Positions 48,521 through 62,079 of a stretch of DNA of 64,000 nt are shown here, piece after piece. The stretch is from the human T2T-CHM13v2.0 reference genome, Homo sapiens. Below the pieces are notes generated by a model. That model was not told the origin of the DNA, ran no database searches, and was given only the letters and a program-made list of their open reading frames with translations. Within the stretch, counting starts at the first letter, position 1; each line of letters opens with the position of its first letter. Location: assembly GCF_009914755.1 (NCBI RefSeq), contig NC_060935.1; one strand, given 5' to 3'. The position numbers and the translations under genes were made by a program.

Positions 48521-51500
48521 AATATCGTATGTTCAAATACTACTTAACTTAACACTCCCAACATGGAACACAATGATAAATGCATATATTGTTCATTAAT
48601 ATTTACTAGTTTCAGTAGAAAGAAATATAAATATGGTTCAATAAAAGCCTAGATTTTAAAAATGATAAATTAAGGGATATATTTAATTTTTTCAAATACT
48701 GAAGGAGCTTTTTAGAGATTTTTTTATAAATAGCTATGTGGCTAAACCTATTTTCAAAAGATTTGTAAATAATGTCGATTATACATAACTAGTTTTACTA
48801 TAAGTGTAATTGACATTTTGAATATGCAAATGTTGACACTGAATTGACAATGATGCTAGGTGGTATGTGCCCATTGGGTGTGACTTTCAGGATCAAGATA
48901 TTTACAGATGAAAAGGAGCTTCCTGATATTTTGAGGACTAAGAAAGGAAAGTTACTCAGTGACAGAAAGAGTTGCAAAGGCTTCTGAAGTTAGGAGCTGC
49001 CCAGAGCTCAGTTTCATCATAGCCCACAGTTTGGAGCTCTTAAAATAGGAATCCATTTTTAAGTGACATTCATCTCAGGAATATATGTGCTATAAAAAGC
49101 AAATTATACTAGGACTCGCAATGTAAAATATATGATTTCAAGGTGTATTAAAGGCACATCATGTTCCAAAATTGTGCTAGAGAAGGAAAATGTAAGGAGA
49201 TACGGTCTTATTTAAAGGCTATTTGATGGAGTGGGGGTTATTCTAGGCATTCGTGGGAATGTCAATTGATTTTAAAAAGAGTAAGCCTTAAACATAAAGA
49301 TTCACAAATCTTACAGAAAGCAACAGAGTTTCCTTGTTGGATAGAGATGTTTCAGAAATCCTAATTACAGCATGGTGGAGGCTGACTGCTATTTTCTGAC
49401 AGCTCTACAGGTCAGGAAAACCACAAAACCTCTCTGTAAAATATTGACGTACTTTTTTCAAAGCTTTCTCTAGGGAACCTTTTTCTAAAGACTACTTGTA
49501 ATCAAGAGGCAATGTGATATACTTGAAGAAGCCAGGCTTATGTGTCTAAAGATCTGGTTGTGTGGCCTTGGAAAAGTCAAAATGTTTTTTAATCTGAGAT
49601 TTCCTCTTCTGTAAACAGAAATATCAAAACCTGACTTATCTGCTTTATGATACTGTATGCATCACACTTAATGGCTTCATCTCTGCCCATTATGAAATAT
49701 TGAACTTCCTCAAATTTCCAACCTCATCTTTCTTATCTCCTCATCTCATATAATTTCCTGGAGTAATTCCATTCATTCCTATGGCTCAAATATCACCTAC
49801 TGATATGTTAATTTTAAGTTAATTGCCTTAAGTATTCAATTGCTGAAAAAACTTACAAAAGACTCAAATCATTTATGATCACAAAACAGCTTTATTAGGG
49901 GTAAAGTGTACAATACAGCAACAACAGGAGAAGGGTTTGCATTTGAAGGGATCCAGAGATCTCTGGAGCAGGCTCATGTGCCATCTCACCACTGTGTTGC
50001 ACAAGATGCACATTGCCACCAGATCTTGAACCACCACCAACATATGTGGGAAGCCTCTTGGTACCAAGAAGTCCAAAGACTGCTACTTTTATGAGATGAT
50101 CTTGTAGACAGTCCACCTATGTGACCAACCTGAACCATTGAAACCTCCTAGGCTCTGATGAAACCAGGTGAAATTATTTTTATTATTTTATTAATATATT
50201 CCGATGATTATTTCTAGACAATGTTGGTAAGCTAGTACTTCCTGCTCCAAAACAGCTCATGGACTCAGGGTTATAGAACATCATTTATCTTTAATATGTA
50301 TATTTCTTCATAGCATTGGCCAATGCTCAATATCATGTCCCAGGAAGCTCTGGGGATAAACATGCAGTCAATCCATGCTGCATGAGATTAACTCATGCTA
50401 GACAATTGACAGCTGCCAAATGTGCATGTCTAGGTCCGACTTGGGTCCTATATCTTTAATAGAATAACATCTCCACTTGAAGATGTCACAGGAAACTAAA
50501 ACTCGGCCAAGCAAAATAAATTTATCTCCCTAAAATGTTCTTCTGTGTGTTGTCTACCTAATGAAGGCATAACTTTTTTAGCCTATAATCTGAATGTCAT
50601 CCTGCATTCTGCCGTTTTCTCACCCTCTATAATCCAATCAGTCAACAGATCCCGAGAGGATACTTTTTCAGATGCCAATTCAATTTGCCCGATGACTGAT
50701 TTATCAAAGTTATTTCTTTTGATTATTTACCATTAGCTGCCTTCTTATTTCTTATTAGGACACTTTCCAAACATATACAAAAGTTATAGTATAACAAACC
50801 TCCATATATTCATCACCAAATGTCAACGATTATCCTCATTTTAACAATCTTGTGTCATACATTTCTATTAATACATATTTTTTGGCTAAAGCATTTCAAA
50901 GCAAGTCCTAGATACAAGATGATTTCAAACAAAAATAATTCAGCATGTGTTTCTAATACATATGCCTATTTTCCCTTTAACATAATCACGATACCATTAA
51001 GTAAGCTGGCTTTTAATGAACTGGAGAAGAATGTGAGGCAGAGAGAGGAATAAGATTATTACTTATCGTGTGCTAAGCACTCAATGTTATTATTCATTTT
51101 TCAAATTCAAGAATGTATTTCACTCAAACATATACCCCTAGAACATATCTTCAAACTTATTTTTGTTAAGGCTAAATGCAGTAAACATTTTTTTCATAAA
51201 GTGTTAATTTTCAAGTAATGAACTCACCTTTCTACCTTTCTACCTTTCTATTTCTTTATTCTCTTTGTTTTTCTTTATCAAAGATTTTCTCAACTTTATT
51301 TTCCAACTCTTCTATTTGAGCTTAATTTTTATTTTGGTTATACTATTTTTAGTTTTTAATCGCATTTTTCTTAATTTTTCTGATTTTTTTCCTGTTTTTT
51401 CTTGTTTTGAAGATAAATAAGAGATTACATTCAAAAAATGAAATTAAAGTCAGATTTCAAAATATGCGAACACCTCAGGACAGCCAGCTTACTTTTATCC

Positions 51501-52659
51501 ATTTGGAATCACTGTATCACATATAATCCTCCAGTTTTATAGAAGATGTCTTCCACTCACACCCTTCCTTGCCAGTCATATTTTAAAATCATAATATCTA
51601 ATAAATAAAAATGATATCATTGGTAACCCTATCCACTTGCCCATTTGCCCAGAAATCTATCACCCTTAGATTCTTGTTTTCTACTTGACAAGAGCACTCA
51701 GTTCAATTCTATCAAGTAATTTTTTAGAGGAAAGTTTCAATTTGTATTTTTTTATGTCTTCTAGTCATTCAATAGCAAAGGAGAAATGAAGATAAAGTTG
51801 TCAGAAGTCACAAAGACAATGATAACAATTATATCTAAAGGCCAAACTTAAACTTGCTTTTTTTGTTTTGGTCCAGTTCTTTCCAGGTAGCCTTGCCATC
51901 TACCTATAATGTCTGTTGGTTTCAGGTTTCCATGTGTTACGCATAAATTGACCCTGAAGTTGAAAACTATAAAAAAGTATACATTTAGAAATAGAAATCA
52001 ACAGTATAAAAATAGAGGGAAGAAAAAGCAATGAAAGTGGTTGAGATTATTCAGGAAAATCAAGTAGAATGAGAAAACCAAGGACAGACAGAAGCCTGGA
52101 GACCCCAACATCAAAGAGTACACAAGAAAGGCAGAGCCAGTGAGGAAGCGTGTTCCCCACTCCAACACCCAATCTGCAAAAGCTCCATATTCTGTTTCTA
52201 GGTGCACTAGTCCTAGTCTTCATCTGACATTAACATTATCTGGGCTGCTCTAGCCACCAAAAAAAGCAGAGAACATTTTTCTCATTTCCTATGTTGCATG
52301 CAAAATAAACTGTATCCCCAGCTTAGTTATGCCAACTCTCCAAGATACAAAATTAACAACCAAATTTAACACAATCTTTTTGTTCTTGATATGACCTCCC
52401 TATCCAACCAGAATTATAGATGTTGATTATTAACCCAAAACTTGACTTAACAGCTATGATTTTTTAAAAACTTGTCATTCATTAGTTTGTTACCATATGT
52501 AAAGCAAAACTAGTTATTTGGCATCAATAATCAAAGAGCTACATCTCTTTCTTTTGATTTTTTAATTTAATTCTTAATATATATGCCCACATATATATGC
52601 ATAACTTTGCATAAATGGGAATACATATGTGGCTTTTTGTGAATATGTGCATGTGGTAT

Positions 52660-53168
52660 GTGGTATAAGGCCTAAAATTAAGGCCCAACATTATGTGATG
52701 CATTGATATTTGGGGGAAATTAAGAGAGCCTCAAATGGCCTCATTGCAAGTCCCCTCCGGACTCTGGTCCCACTGATAAAATGTACTAGCCAAACAACCC
52801 TCTTTATCATGGGGATCAGGAAGATACCCCTGCTTATCCCTGCCTGTCCTAGAGTTTCAATTCCCTGCTAGCCTGCAGAACTATTCAAATAAACCAATTC
52901 TATAGTCTCATAAAAACCAGCACCGCCCCACCCTCTTGACACTACAACGCCTTTTCCCACAGCCCCTGGTTCTTCACCCTGTTTCTTAGTACAGCCCCTG
53001 TGTAGCCCTGCATGGCATAATGTTTTCCTCCCCTGGGCTATGAGTATAAATAACTAATAAACTTCTGCCCATTGCCAAGTGTCGTTGTGTTCAGCCCTCT
53101 TGGTAACCGTAGGGCAGGAATCCTTCTCTCTCAAACGGAGTGAGTAGAAGATGATAAAAATACTACAG
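52660..53168 (+). mobile_element. ERVL LTR, MER54/MER74-group
   Basis: CCTAAAATTAAGGCCCAACATTATGTG...GCCTCAAATGGCCT...CAAGTCCCC 5' signature; ACTAATAAAC polyA; ends ...ACTACA. Subfamily uncertain. Confidence 0.55.
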
Positions 53169-53854
53169 CCTTTCTGAAAAGTCTTTTTAAGGACATCCTG
53201 CGCACAGCACAGATACTACAGAAGGGTCTAAAACAAGCACGTTTTTCAATGATTTTCTTAATATCTGACTACTTTTAGCCAAGTTCCAGTGATGTTGACA
53301 TCCTCATACCTTTCCTAAAGTGAGGCTCAAGCATCAATACAAAACGCTTTTACCCCAGTTTATTCCCCCAGCTCTAGTTGTTATCTGACTTCCCCCCACA
53401 TTTTCTGGGTCCTCTACTATATTGGACCACAAACTACAAATCCAGGTAAAAGTCGAAAATAAAACCCAATGCCTGAATGACAATCCACATTTAAAAAGCA
53501 TACTAAAAATTGAAAAATATTTCCATATTTATTACCTTAAACAATCCTTAAAACAACCTTAAATTTATGATTTCTCTTTACTTTACAACTAAGGAAATTG
53601 ACTTGTTACTCTGTAAAAGTTAAAACTGAGATTCAAGGGCTAGTTATTTAAATATAAATACCAGTCTCTATCAACCATGCCACGCTACCATTACCTGAAT
53701 TTCGGATTGCAGAGCCATATTTTTTATACCCTGGCATGCATTTGAGGATTTCCCAGATGAAAAGAGAGAATTAATTTCTGAAATAAGTTACATCAGCAAA
53801 CTCAACTAATGAAATAGGCTGGTTTTCACCTCTTACACTATTTGATCAAATTGT

Positions 53855-54690
53855 AGCCCGAAAGTTCTCAACATGGCTGCACAGTAGAATCACCTGAAGC
53901 TCTTTATAAATCCTGATTCTCAGGCCATACTACAAACCCATTAAATCAGAAAGTTTGAGATGCACCTTGGCAGCAGTAATGTTTAAAGTTCCTCAGGTGG
54001 TTCCGAGAGGTGAAGCTGGCTGGGTTTCTGGGTCGGGTGGGGACTTGGAGAACTTTTCCTTCTAGCTAAAGGATTGTAAATGCACCAATCAGCACTCTGT
54101 GTCTAGCTAAAGGTTTGTAAACACACCAATCAGCACTCAAAAAACGCACCAATGAGCACTCTGTGTCTAGCTAAAGGTTTGTAAACGCACCAATCAGCAC
54201 GCTGTAAAAATGGACCAATCAGCACTCTGTAAAATTGACCAATCAGCGCTCTGTAAAATGGACCAATCAGCAGGATGTGGGTGGGGCCAAATAAGGGAAT
54301 AAAACCTGGCCGCCTGAGCCCCAGTGGCAACCCGATGGGGTTACCTTCCATGCTGTGGAAGCTTTATTCTTTTGCTCTTCACGGTAAGTCTTGCTGCTGC
54401 TCACTCTTTGGGTCCACACTGCCTTTGTGAGCTGTAACACTGACTGTGAAGGTCTGCGGTGTCACTCCTGAAGTCAAGCAAGACCATGAACCCACCAGAA
54501 GGAAGAAACTCCGGACACATCTGAACATTTGAAAGAACAAACTCCAGACACACCATCTTTAAGAACTGTAACACTCACAGCGAGGGTCTGTGGCTTCATT
54601 CGTGAAGTCAACCAGACCAAGAACCCACCAGAAGGAACCAATTCTGGACACAGTTCCAATGGGCATCTAAGGTTGTGAGTCACTGTTGTA
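53855..54690. mobile_element. MER5A-like hAT MITE split by the LTR12 insertion
   Basis: GTTCTCAAC-x-TGGCTGCACA-x-TAGAATCACCTG...TTAAATCAGAA...CCTCAGGTG to the left of the LTR; CAATGGGCA...AGGTTG...CACTG to the right. Confidence 0.65.
54004..54652 (+). mobile_element. Solo LTR12 (ERV9/HERV9 LTR), complete, sense to the OR8A pseudogene
   Basis: (C/T)GAGAGGTGAAGCTGGCTGG start; tandem TCTAGCTAAAGG-x-TTGTAAA-x-GCACCAATCAGCAC units; seven CCAAT boxes; GGGTGGGG; AATAAAA; duplicated U5 units ending GGACACA; 4-bp TSD GTTC (54000-54003, 54653-54656). Confidence 0.95.
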
Positions 54691-54788
54691 GGTGGTAAAA
54701 GCTTCAGGTCTTGGCCCTTTTTCCTCTCAGGTTCTTAGTTTCTGAAATCAAGAAGACTCTGCTTGGTTCAACTGACAGGAGAAGGAAG

Positions 54789-55171
<383 letters not shown>

Positions 55172-55234
55172 TCAGATATGACCTTTCACAGGGCTCTTCT
55201 TTTCCATTCCTACAAACATCCCACCCAGAGGAGA

Positions 55235-56161
55235 ATGACTGTCAAAAGTCATTCTATAGTGACAGAGTTCAGTCTCAGGGGATTAACGAAGCAGCCAGAT
55301 CTCCAGCTCTTTCACTTCCTCATTTTCCTTGATATCCATATGGTCACAATGGTGGGGAACTTGGGCATGATCACTCTAATTTGTCTTAACTCTCAGCTTC
55401 ACACCCCCATGTACTACTTCTTCAGCAATCTGTCACTCTTGGATCTCTGCTATTCCTCCATTACTAACCCTAAGATGCTGGTGAACTTTGTGTTAAAGAA
55501 GAGCATTATCTCTTATGCAGGGTACATGTCATAGTTCTACTTTTTCCTGGTTTTTGTCATTGCTAGGTGTTACATGCTGATGGTGAAGGCCTGTGACCAC
55601 TATGTTGCCATCTGCTGCCCTTTGCTTTGCAACGTCATCATGTCTCATGTCACCTGCTCCCTGATGGTGGCTGTGGTCTACACCATGGGACTCGTTGTCT
55701 CCACAATAGAGACTGGGCTCATATTAAAACTGCCCTATTGTGAACTCCTCACCAGTCGCTGCTTCTGTGACATCCTCCCTCTCATGAAACTCTCCTGATC
55801 TAGTGCCTATGATGTTGAGATGGCAGTCTTCTTTTTTGCTAGATTCAACCTGAGAATCATGATCTTAACAGTTCTTGTTTCTTACACCTTCATTCTCTTC
55901 AGCATCCTGCACATCAGCACCACTGAGGGCAGGTCCAAAGTCTTCAGCACCTGCAGCTTCCACCTTGCAGCTATAGGGATGTTCCATGGATAGACTGCAT
56001 TCAGGTACTTAAAACCCGCCATAACCAGTTCCCTGGCCCAAGAGAATGTGGCCTCTGTGTTCTACACTACAGTAATCTACGTGCCGAATCCCCTAATGTA
56101 CAGCCTGAAAAACAAGGATGTAAAAGCTGCCATGCAGAAAACACTAAGGAGTAAGTTTTGT
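55235..56161 (+). pseudogene. OR8A2P: OR8A-subfamily olfactory receptor pseudogene (OR8A1 paralogue)
   Basis: One continuous reading frame from ATG 55235 with in-frame stops TAG 55532-55534, TGA 55796-55798 and TAG 55991-55993, and no frameshift. Translation closely follows OR8A1 as I recall it ([21 protein letters not shown]-x-LKLPYCE, QENVASVFYTTVI, KAA-x-QKTLR). Degraded motifs: KACDHY for MAYDRY, AGY for AGC, N-terminal sequon lost. Pseudogene status is certain; the A2P symbol is inferred from cluster order. Confidence 0.85.
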
Positions 56162-57925
56162 TGCAGATGTAATTATCTTGAGTTGCTAATCAACCCAATA
56201 CAGTATCAATATAGGAAAGAAGCTTTCTGGAGATTTACAAAACCATAAGTGGCTTTCCTTCCAATTTTCTAGTAGTCATACTTCACTCCTGGCAGTCCAG
56301 AAGTAAATTACTTTTTCTCAGTCTGCTCTCTACCCTGGTTCTGACCAAATGTTCCTTGGATATACTGACCCCAGCCACCCACCCCAGGCCTTCACCTTAA
56401 TCAGTCCTTCCTTTTCCTTCTTTCCCTTCGGTATTTCCTTATCTCCTATCATCAGTTATCTCATTTCCACTCAGTATCGTCTAGTATCTCTGTATCTCAG
56501 TATCTTTAGTATCTCATTTCTGCTCAGTATCTTCAAAAAATTCTTTGAATGATGTTAAATAAAATTTTACCCCCATACAGAGAAATGTAAATAAGATCAT
56601 TGATTCTTGAATATCAAGCTAGATCACTTTCTAAAATATCTGTTTGACTTTAATCTGAAACTCTTCAGTCAAAAGTCCTGTGATATTTCAACTGATAAAG
56701 GGCAAGACATTTTACAACTTTATAAGGTAACAGTTTTGCATAAATTGGTAAGTCATTATAATTTGTATAGCTCAATAGAGTTAACTCTAAAAGGAGTATG
56801 GTTGTACTGCTCTGTAGGACGTTAACCATTCACATATCTAACAAGCGATCTTATTTCAGCATGATTTTCTAACTATGTGCATGTATGTGTTTGATTTTGT
56901 AGATACATATATAAAATCTTGTAGGTATGTCCTCATACCTTAAATGCTCTTAGAACTAGCTTCTTTGTCTTCCTGGTGGCTGCTTCATTAATAAATGAAA
57001 TGTAATTTTGACATGTGCTAATAATAAATAAGAGCTGAGCTTTTTAAAATTCATACTAATTATATGAATCGTTAACATGTATTGGATGCTTAATTCAAGC
57101 CAGATGTTATTGTTTATATGCTTTAACTCATTTCTTAATGAAATAGATTCTGTTACTAACTAATTTCACAAATGAGGAAACTAATATTTACAGAGATTGG
57201 TAATTTTCTGGCATTTACAGAAGTGATAGCCCCAGGAAGCAAATCCAAATTGTCTTACTCTACTTACCAAATTCTTAGCCAATTGGTAATCCATTTCCTC
57301 TGAGCTTGTTGGTTTTGCCATAAACGTGTACTTCAAATTTCAATAGCTCCTTAAAAATAGCTTCAGATCTTTTCCTTCCACTGTCTGCCCACAACTTCCT
57401 CCCTTTAGAGAGAGTTTCTTCCGTATGATCAGGGCAGGAATACACTTCACTGCAAAATCTTGTGTCCTGTGTAAATAATTGTCTTCCTGCCCTCTAGGAT
57501 GTATTTCTACATACTTCTGCCTACCCTATCACCCTGACCCACTAAGTCCAAAACCTACAGGTTGACACTGGTGTGGCCCACATTGAAAGCAAGAGTTGAC
57601 CCTTGTACTGTACGATATATTTTAAAATCAATTCATGCCATATTTTAATCAATCTTCACAATCCTGGAAGAGTGTATTATTTTTCTATTTTACGTAAAAG
57701 GAAGCTGGGGCGCATATGTAACTTCTTTAACTCAAGTAGAGATCTTTTGCCTTTAACTTTCAAACTTCATCATCTTTTCAATATTCTACCTGGCCAAGCC
57801 TCTCCTAACTTTTCCAGAAGACTTATGGGTATAAAAGAAAATTCTAACAATGATATCGAAACACTTTGGAAAAAGATTGGGGTCACAGAAATAAAGTTTG
57901 TACCAAATGCAAGGCAGTTTGGAGG

Positions 57926-58203
57926 AATTAATCAGGGCCCAGAGCTAAACATCCCTGGGACAAAGAGTTCCATGAAGGGAAGCAATCCTAGCTGAGTCTT
58001 GTGTCTCCAATTTCACCCCCAAAAAACAAAATGAAGGCCTTCAATGCATTTTTTAAAAACTCAAACCAAATTCCACACACATTCCAATTAAATGGGTGGC
58101 CTGGCCCCAAAGCACTCCCCTTCCCCACCACCTCCCACACCTCAGTAATGAGAGGGCAGCATAAAACCACAGGGCTCCACCTATTCAGGGCCAGCCCAGG
58201 GAG
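57926..58203 (+). promoter_or_regulatory. Orphan homeodomain/O-E motif cluster (candidate OR enhancer or promoter)
   Basis: TAATCAGGGCCCAGAG 57929-57944, ATCCCTGGGA 57951-57960, CAATTA 58085-58090, TAATGA 58146-58151, GCCCAGGGAG 58194-58203. Confidence 0.35.
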
Positions 58204-58319
58204 AGCATCCTGGCACCAGTCCCCGGTGAAGCCAGCGTCTGCATCCTCCTCCAGCGACCTACTCAAGAGCAAACCTCCCTATCATTATCAGTGTTCTGGC
58301 CCACAGCATGGGCAGGATA

Positions 58320-58619
58320 CTGTAGTCCCTTCTTATCCCCATGGCTTTGCTTTCAGTTACCCATGGTCAACCATGGTCAGAAAATAGGTGAGTCCAGCAC
58401 AATAAGATAATTTGAGACAGAGAGACATTCGCATGGCTTTTATTAAAGCATATTGTTATAATTGTTCTATTTTATTAGTTGTTATTGTTGTTTGTCTCTT
58501 GCTGTGCTTAATTTACAAATTAAACTTCATTATAGGTATGTATGTATAGAAAAAAACTATTCATGGTTTCAGGCATGAAGTCTGGGAAGGTATCCGCTGC
58601 TGATAAGGGAGGACTGCTG
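58320..58619. mobile_element. MER44 (Tigger7-derived MITE)
   Basis: Terminal inverted repeats CTGTAGTCCCTTCTTATC / GATAAGGGAGGACTGCTG with TA on both sides; characteristic AT-rich core. Confidence 0.85.
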
Positions 58620-59444
58620 TATTTGGAGAATTGTCTCGTGCTCTCAGCACTGATCCTCCCAAGACTGGAATTGCCAGCATCCTCTCCCCAGAGCCAGCTG
58701 CCTGAAGCTGTTGCATCCTCATTCTGCCTATCCTGGGCTTGCAACCGACTGGCTCTGCACGCCACACACTCAGCAATATCATGTTCCTTACACATGCAAT
58801 TGCAGAGCACACACTGTCAGATGCCCTGCTGCCTTACCACACAGGTGCCACCTCCAGGGGCTGAGCCAGGAGTGGCCCCTGGGTCTGACGGTCATGTTCC
58901 TAGCAGCAGGCCTCCCCTTGTTGCTGACGCCTTGATGTCCCTAGTGGTCCACTTTTGAATTATAACCCACGGTTCAAAAAAATCTTTGTCTGAAACAAGT
59001 ATTTTGGAGACCAAAAAAGAAGGGACCAAAAAACTGTGAGAAAGTTAACATGAATTATTTTCGTTTCCCTAATATTCAATGAAAGACCTAGAAATAAGGT
59101 ATTTTATCTTCAGGTTTGTTTTTTATTACCTTGAAAAATAACATTTTAAATCATATGGATCTTGGAATTTGGGCCACAATAATCTTTTCAGGGCCCAGAG
59201 CTTCAAAAGTTCTTAAGCAAAGCGTTATTCTCTCTGAGTGGCTTTCTGTTCCCCACCTCCAAAGCTCTAATTACACATGATTGGTGCCCAACACTGCCTG
59301 GCACGTAATATGTGCTGAATAAATGTTATTTCTGTTTCTTCTCTAGTTTCCTTTCCATCTCCTTATAAACCCCATCCAAACCATTATTACATGTATAATT
59401 TGGAGCTCTCAACTTGTTCATCCACTACAAAATCTTACTACAGA

Positions 59445-59770
59445 GAATATGGCACAGCACAGATGATTCTTAGAGCAGTGAAACTACTCTGTATGATACT
59501 ATAATGGTGGATACATGTCATCATATGTTTGTCCAAACCCACAGAATGTACTACAGGCAGTGAGCCCTGCTGTAAATTACAGATTCTGGATGATAATGTG
59601 GTGTCAGTGCAGCTTCATCAATTTTGTGACAAATGTACCTACCACTCTGTTAGGGAATGATGATAGTGGGGGAGGCTGTGCATGTGTTGGGGGTAGGGGG
59701 TATGTGGGAACTCTCTCCACTTCCCTCTCAATTTAGCTGTGACCTAAAACTGTTCTGAAAAAAAACAAAC
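59445..59770 (+). mobile_element. L1MC-type 3' end
   Basis: GCAGTGAAACTACTCTGTATGATACTATAATGGTGGATACATGTCAT...GTCCAAACCCACAGAATGTAC...TAAAACTGTTCTGAAAAAAA. Confidence 0.8.
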
Positions 59771-62079
59771 TCTTAAAAAAGAGAGAGAGAGAATGTGGAA
59801 CAACAGCGAGCTGGGAGACCTGGCCCTCTTTTTTCTTGTGATGTGATTTGCATACTGAATTATCCATGGAGGGAGCCCCAACCTCATGTCACCTGTTTTT
59901 TCACCACAAAATGAGGAATGCATCAGCTCCTGTAATTTCTCCTTGTGGGAAATGATAATGGGAAACCAATCCCAAAGGCTTTCTTCCTGCTCCTTCTCCT
60001 TTCCTTCAAGACCACCCCCAGCCTGCATCTAGGATCAAAATCCAGGCCATAAATCCTCTAAAAGATGTCACCTATCCCAGGGTAGATATCAACATCAAAA
60101 CTATAAGAACCTGATGCCAAAATTCAGGTTAGCTGATGCCACCCACGGCTGGCCTGTCTGGTTCAGTAGCTATGTGGAAGGAGAAGAATTCCCAGAGCCG
60201 AATCCAGAGTCAGTGCATTCGGCTGGCCTGGGGCAGATGGCAGAGTGCTGTTCCAATTCTTTCCATGGCTCAGCAGAGCCCCACCAGAAAACCTGGGCAC
60301 AGGAGGTGGCAGACAGTGCCTGCCAGATGCAAAAGTTTCTAAAGAAGTGAAGCATGGTCTCCAGAAAATTCCTTATTGGTTGTGTTGCAGCTCTCATTCT
60401 CCATTCCTGCAGAGCGCTGATGGAAAAGAGTGTTCTTGTTCCAGAGCTTCCTATCAGGAGTTCTTTCCCAGTAACTTCAGTAACAGGCAGGCTACCTTCA
60501 TGGTCATCCCATGTAGGAACTTCCCAGTGACCACAAACATGATCAGACTGGTCAGGACAAGATAAGTTCCGGTCTGCCACATTAGATCAGCAGTCTCAAG
60601 ATTCTCATGCCATTAGATAGACAGTAAATGCACATAACATTCTCTGCCTCGAGTTTCTTTTATTCATCTTGTAATCTTTCTTCAAATGCTCCATGATCCC
60701 TAAATGTTTTCTCAAAACTAAGAATATCATTAGTTTTCTCTAATTTCTCCTTCTGGGAAATGACTATAGATGTTGATAGCCACTCAGTGGGCTTGTGTCA
60801 TGCATGGAAACTGAAGGATGTCACTCATCATGGTTCATGTGGGCTATTTTTTGGAGGAACACCAATTTCAGACTTATAGGCTGGTAAGTCTCCCCAGAAA
60901 GGAGACCACAGTCTCCTAATTTATGGGGTAGAGAGAGAGTGGCCTTAATAATGATGCCAGCCATATTAAGAGAGTTCAGTGATTAACTCCAAGAATTTCA
61001 CATAATCCCTGTCTTTTGAGCTCAGTCCCTTTACCCTCAACTGTGCCTTGTATCCAGAGTCCAGGGGTCCTCTGATTCAAACTCCCCACAGAGTAAACTT
61101 TAAGACTTCTGCCAGGCTTGGGAAGGGCAGAAAAATTGCAAAAGTGTTTCTATGAGAAGGGAGGAAAAAGAAAAAAGAAAAAGCATATGATAATATTTCC
61201 ACAACTTTTCTGGAATGTTAGCTGTAAGTAGCAAGTTACCGAATGTCTCTAAGCATCAGTTACTCTGTCTGTTAAATGGGAAAAGAGAACTTACCTGTCA
61301 CTGGTGTGCAACTCAAGAAGTGGCTTCCTTTTATGTTCTTACCTATTATATAGTACTTCAAAAATAAATTTTACTAAATTTAATTTCGAATATAAAACTT
61401 CATATTTCCTTTAGAAAGGAAGGAAATCAACTGAAAAGAAGTATCTGACACTAAGAAAAGTGCTTTCCATAAATTACATACATTAATATAACAGCCATAT
61501 GAGACTGGCATTATTCCTATTTTACAAGGAACTAAACTGAGTTTAATATAGTAAAATAATTAGCTCCAATACATCTGGTTAGTAAAAGAGCAGAGCTACA
61601 AACTCATGCCTACTATATCTGAGAAGAGTATGCTATTATCAGTATACCAGGCTGTAATATAACCAAACTTATAACAGATTAAAATTACAACTGATTAGTA
61701 GGTTGTGGTTATAAGGTGGGATCCAGGCAATAATTAGTTCTCTTGTTCTCAGAGAAATTAAAATGATACAGCAATATCATTCAGTGCAAAAATATAGGTT
61801 TTAAGGCCAGTCCAAGCTACTTCAAACTCTGACTCCCTCATTTACTGTGAGAACAATGATGAACGCTGCTAGGTAGTAGGATTTCTTATGCAAAGTCAAA
61901 GGCATTGGCAGTGTCAGTCTCCCAAGGGAGACATAGACTCTCAAACAAAAGCCAACACTGAGAAAGATAGCCCTACATAGATTGAGGAGGGAAAAGCGAG
62001 CCTCCCTCTGTACCTGGACTTTGAGACAGGCATAGTCAAGTGAGACTTTAAATATTGATTCCACGTGATGGAAGCGGCC

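Noticed and set aside
54050-54275. Regularly spaced repeats superficially like a CRISPR array or minisatellite
   Set aside because: Native U3 tandem CCAAT units of LTR12; no unique spacers and a eukaryotic context.
58520-58958. Cluster of overlapping 74-138 aa ORFs (likewise 60114-60580 and 61822-62425)
   Set aside because: No recognisable domain, ORFs on both strands in locally GC-richer or repeat-derived DNA, no supporting exon structure. A homology search was not possible.
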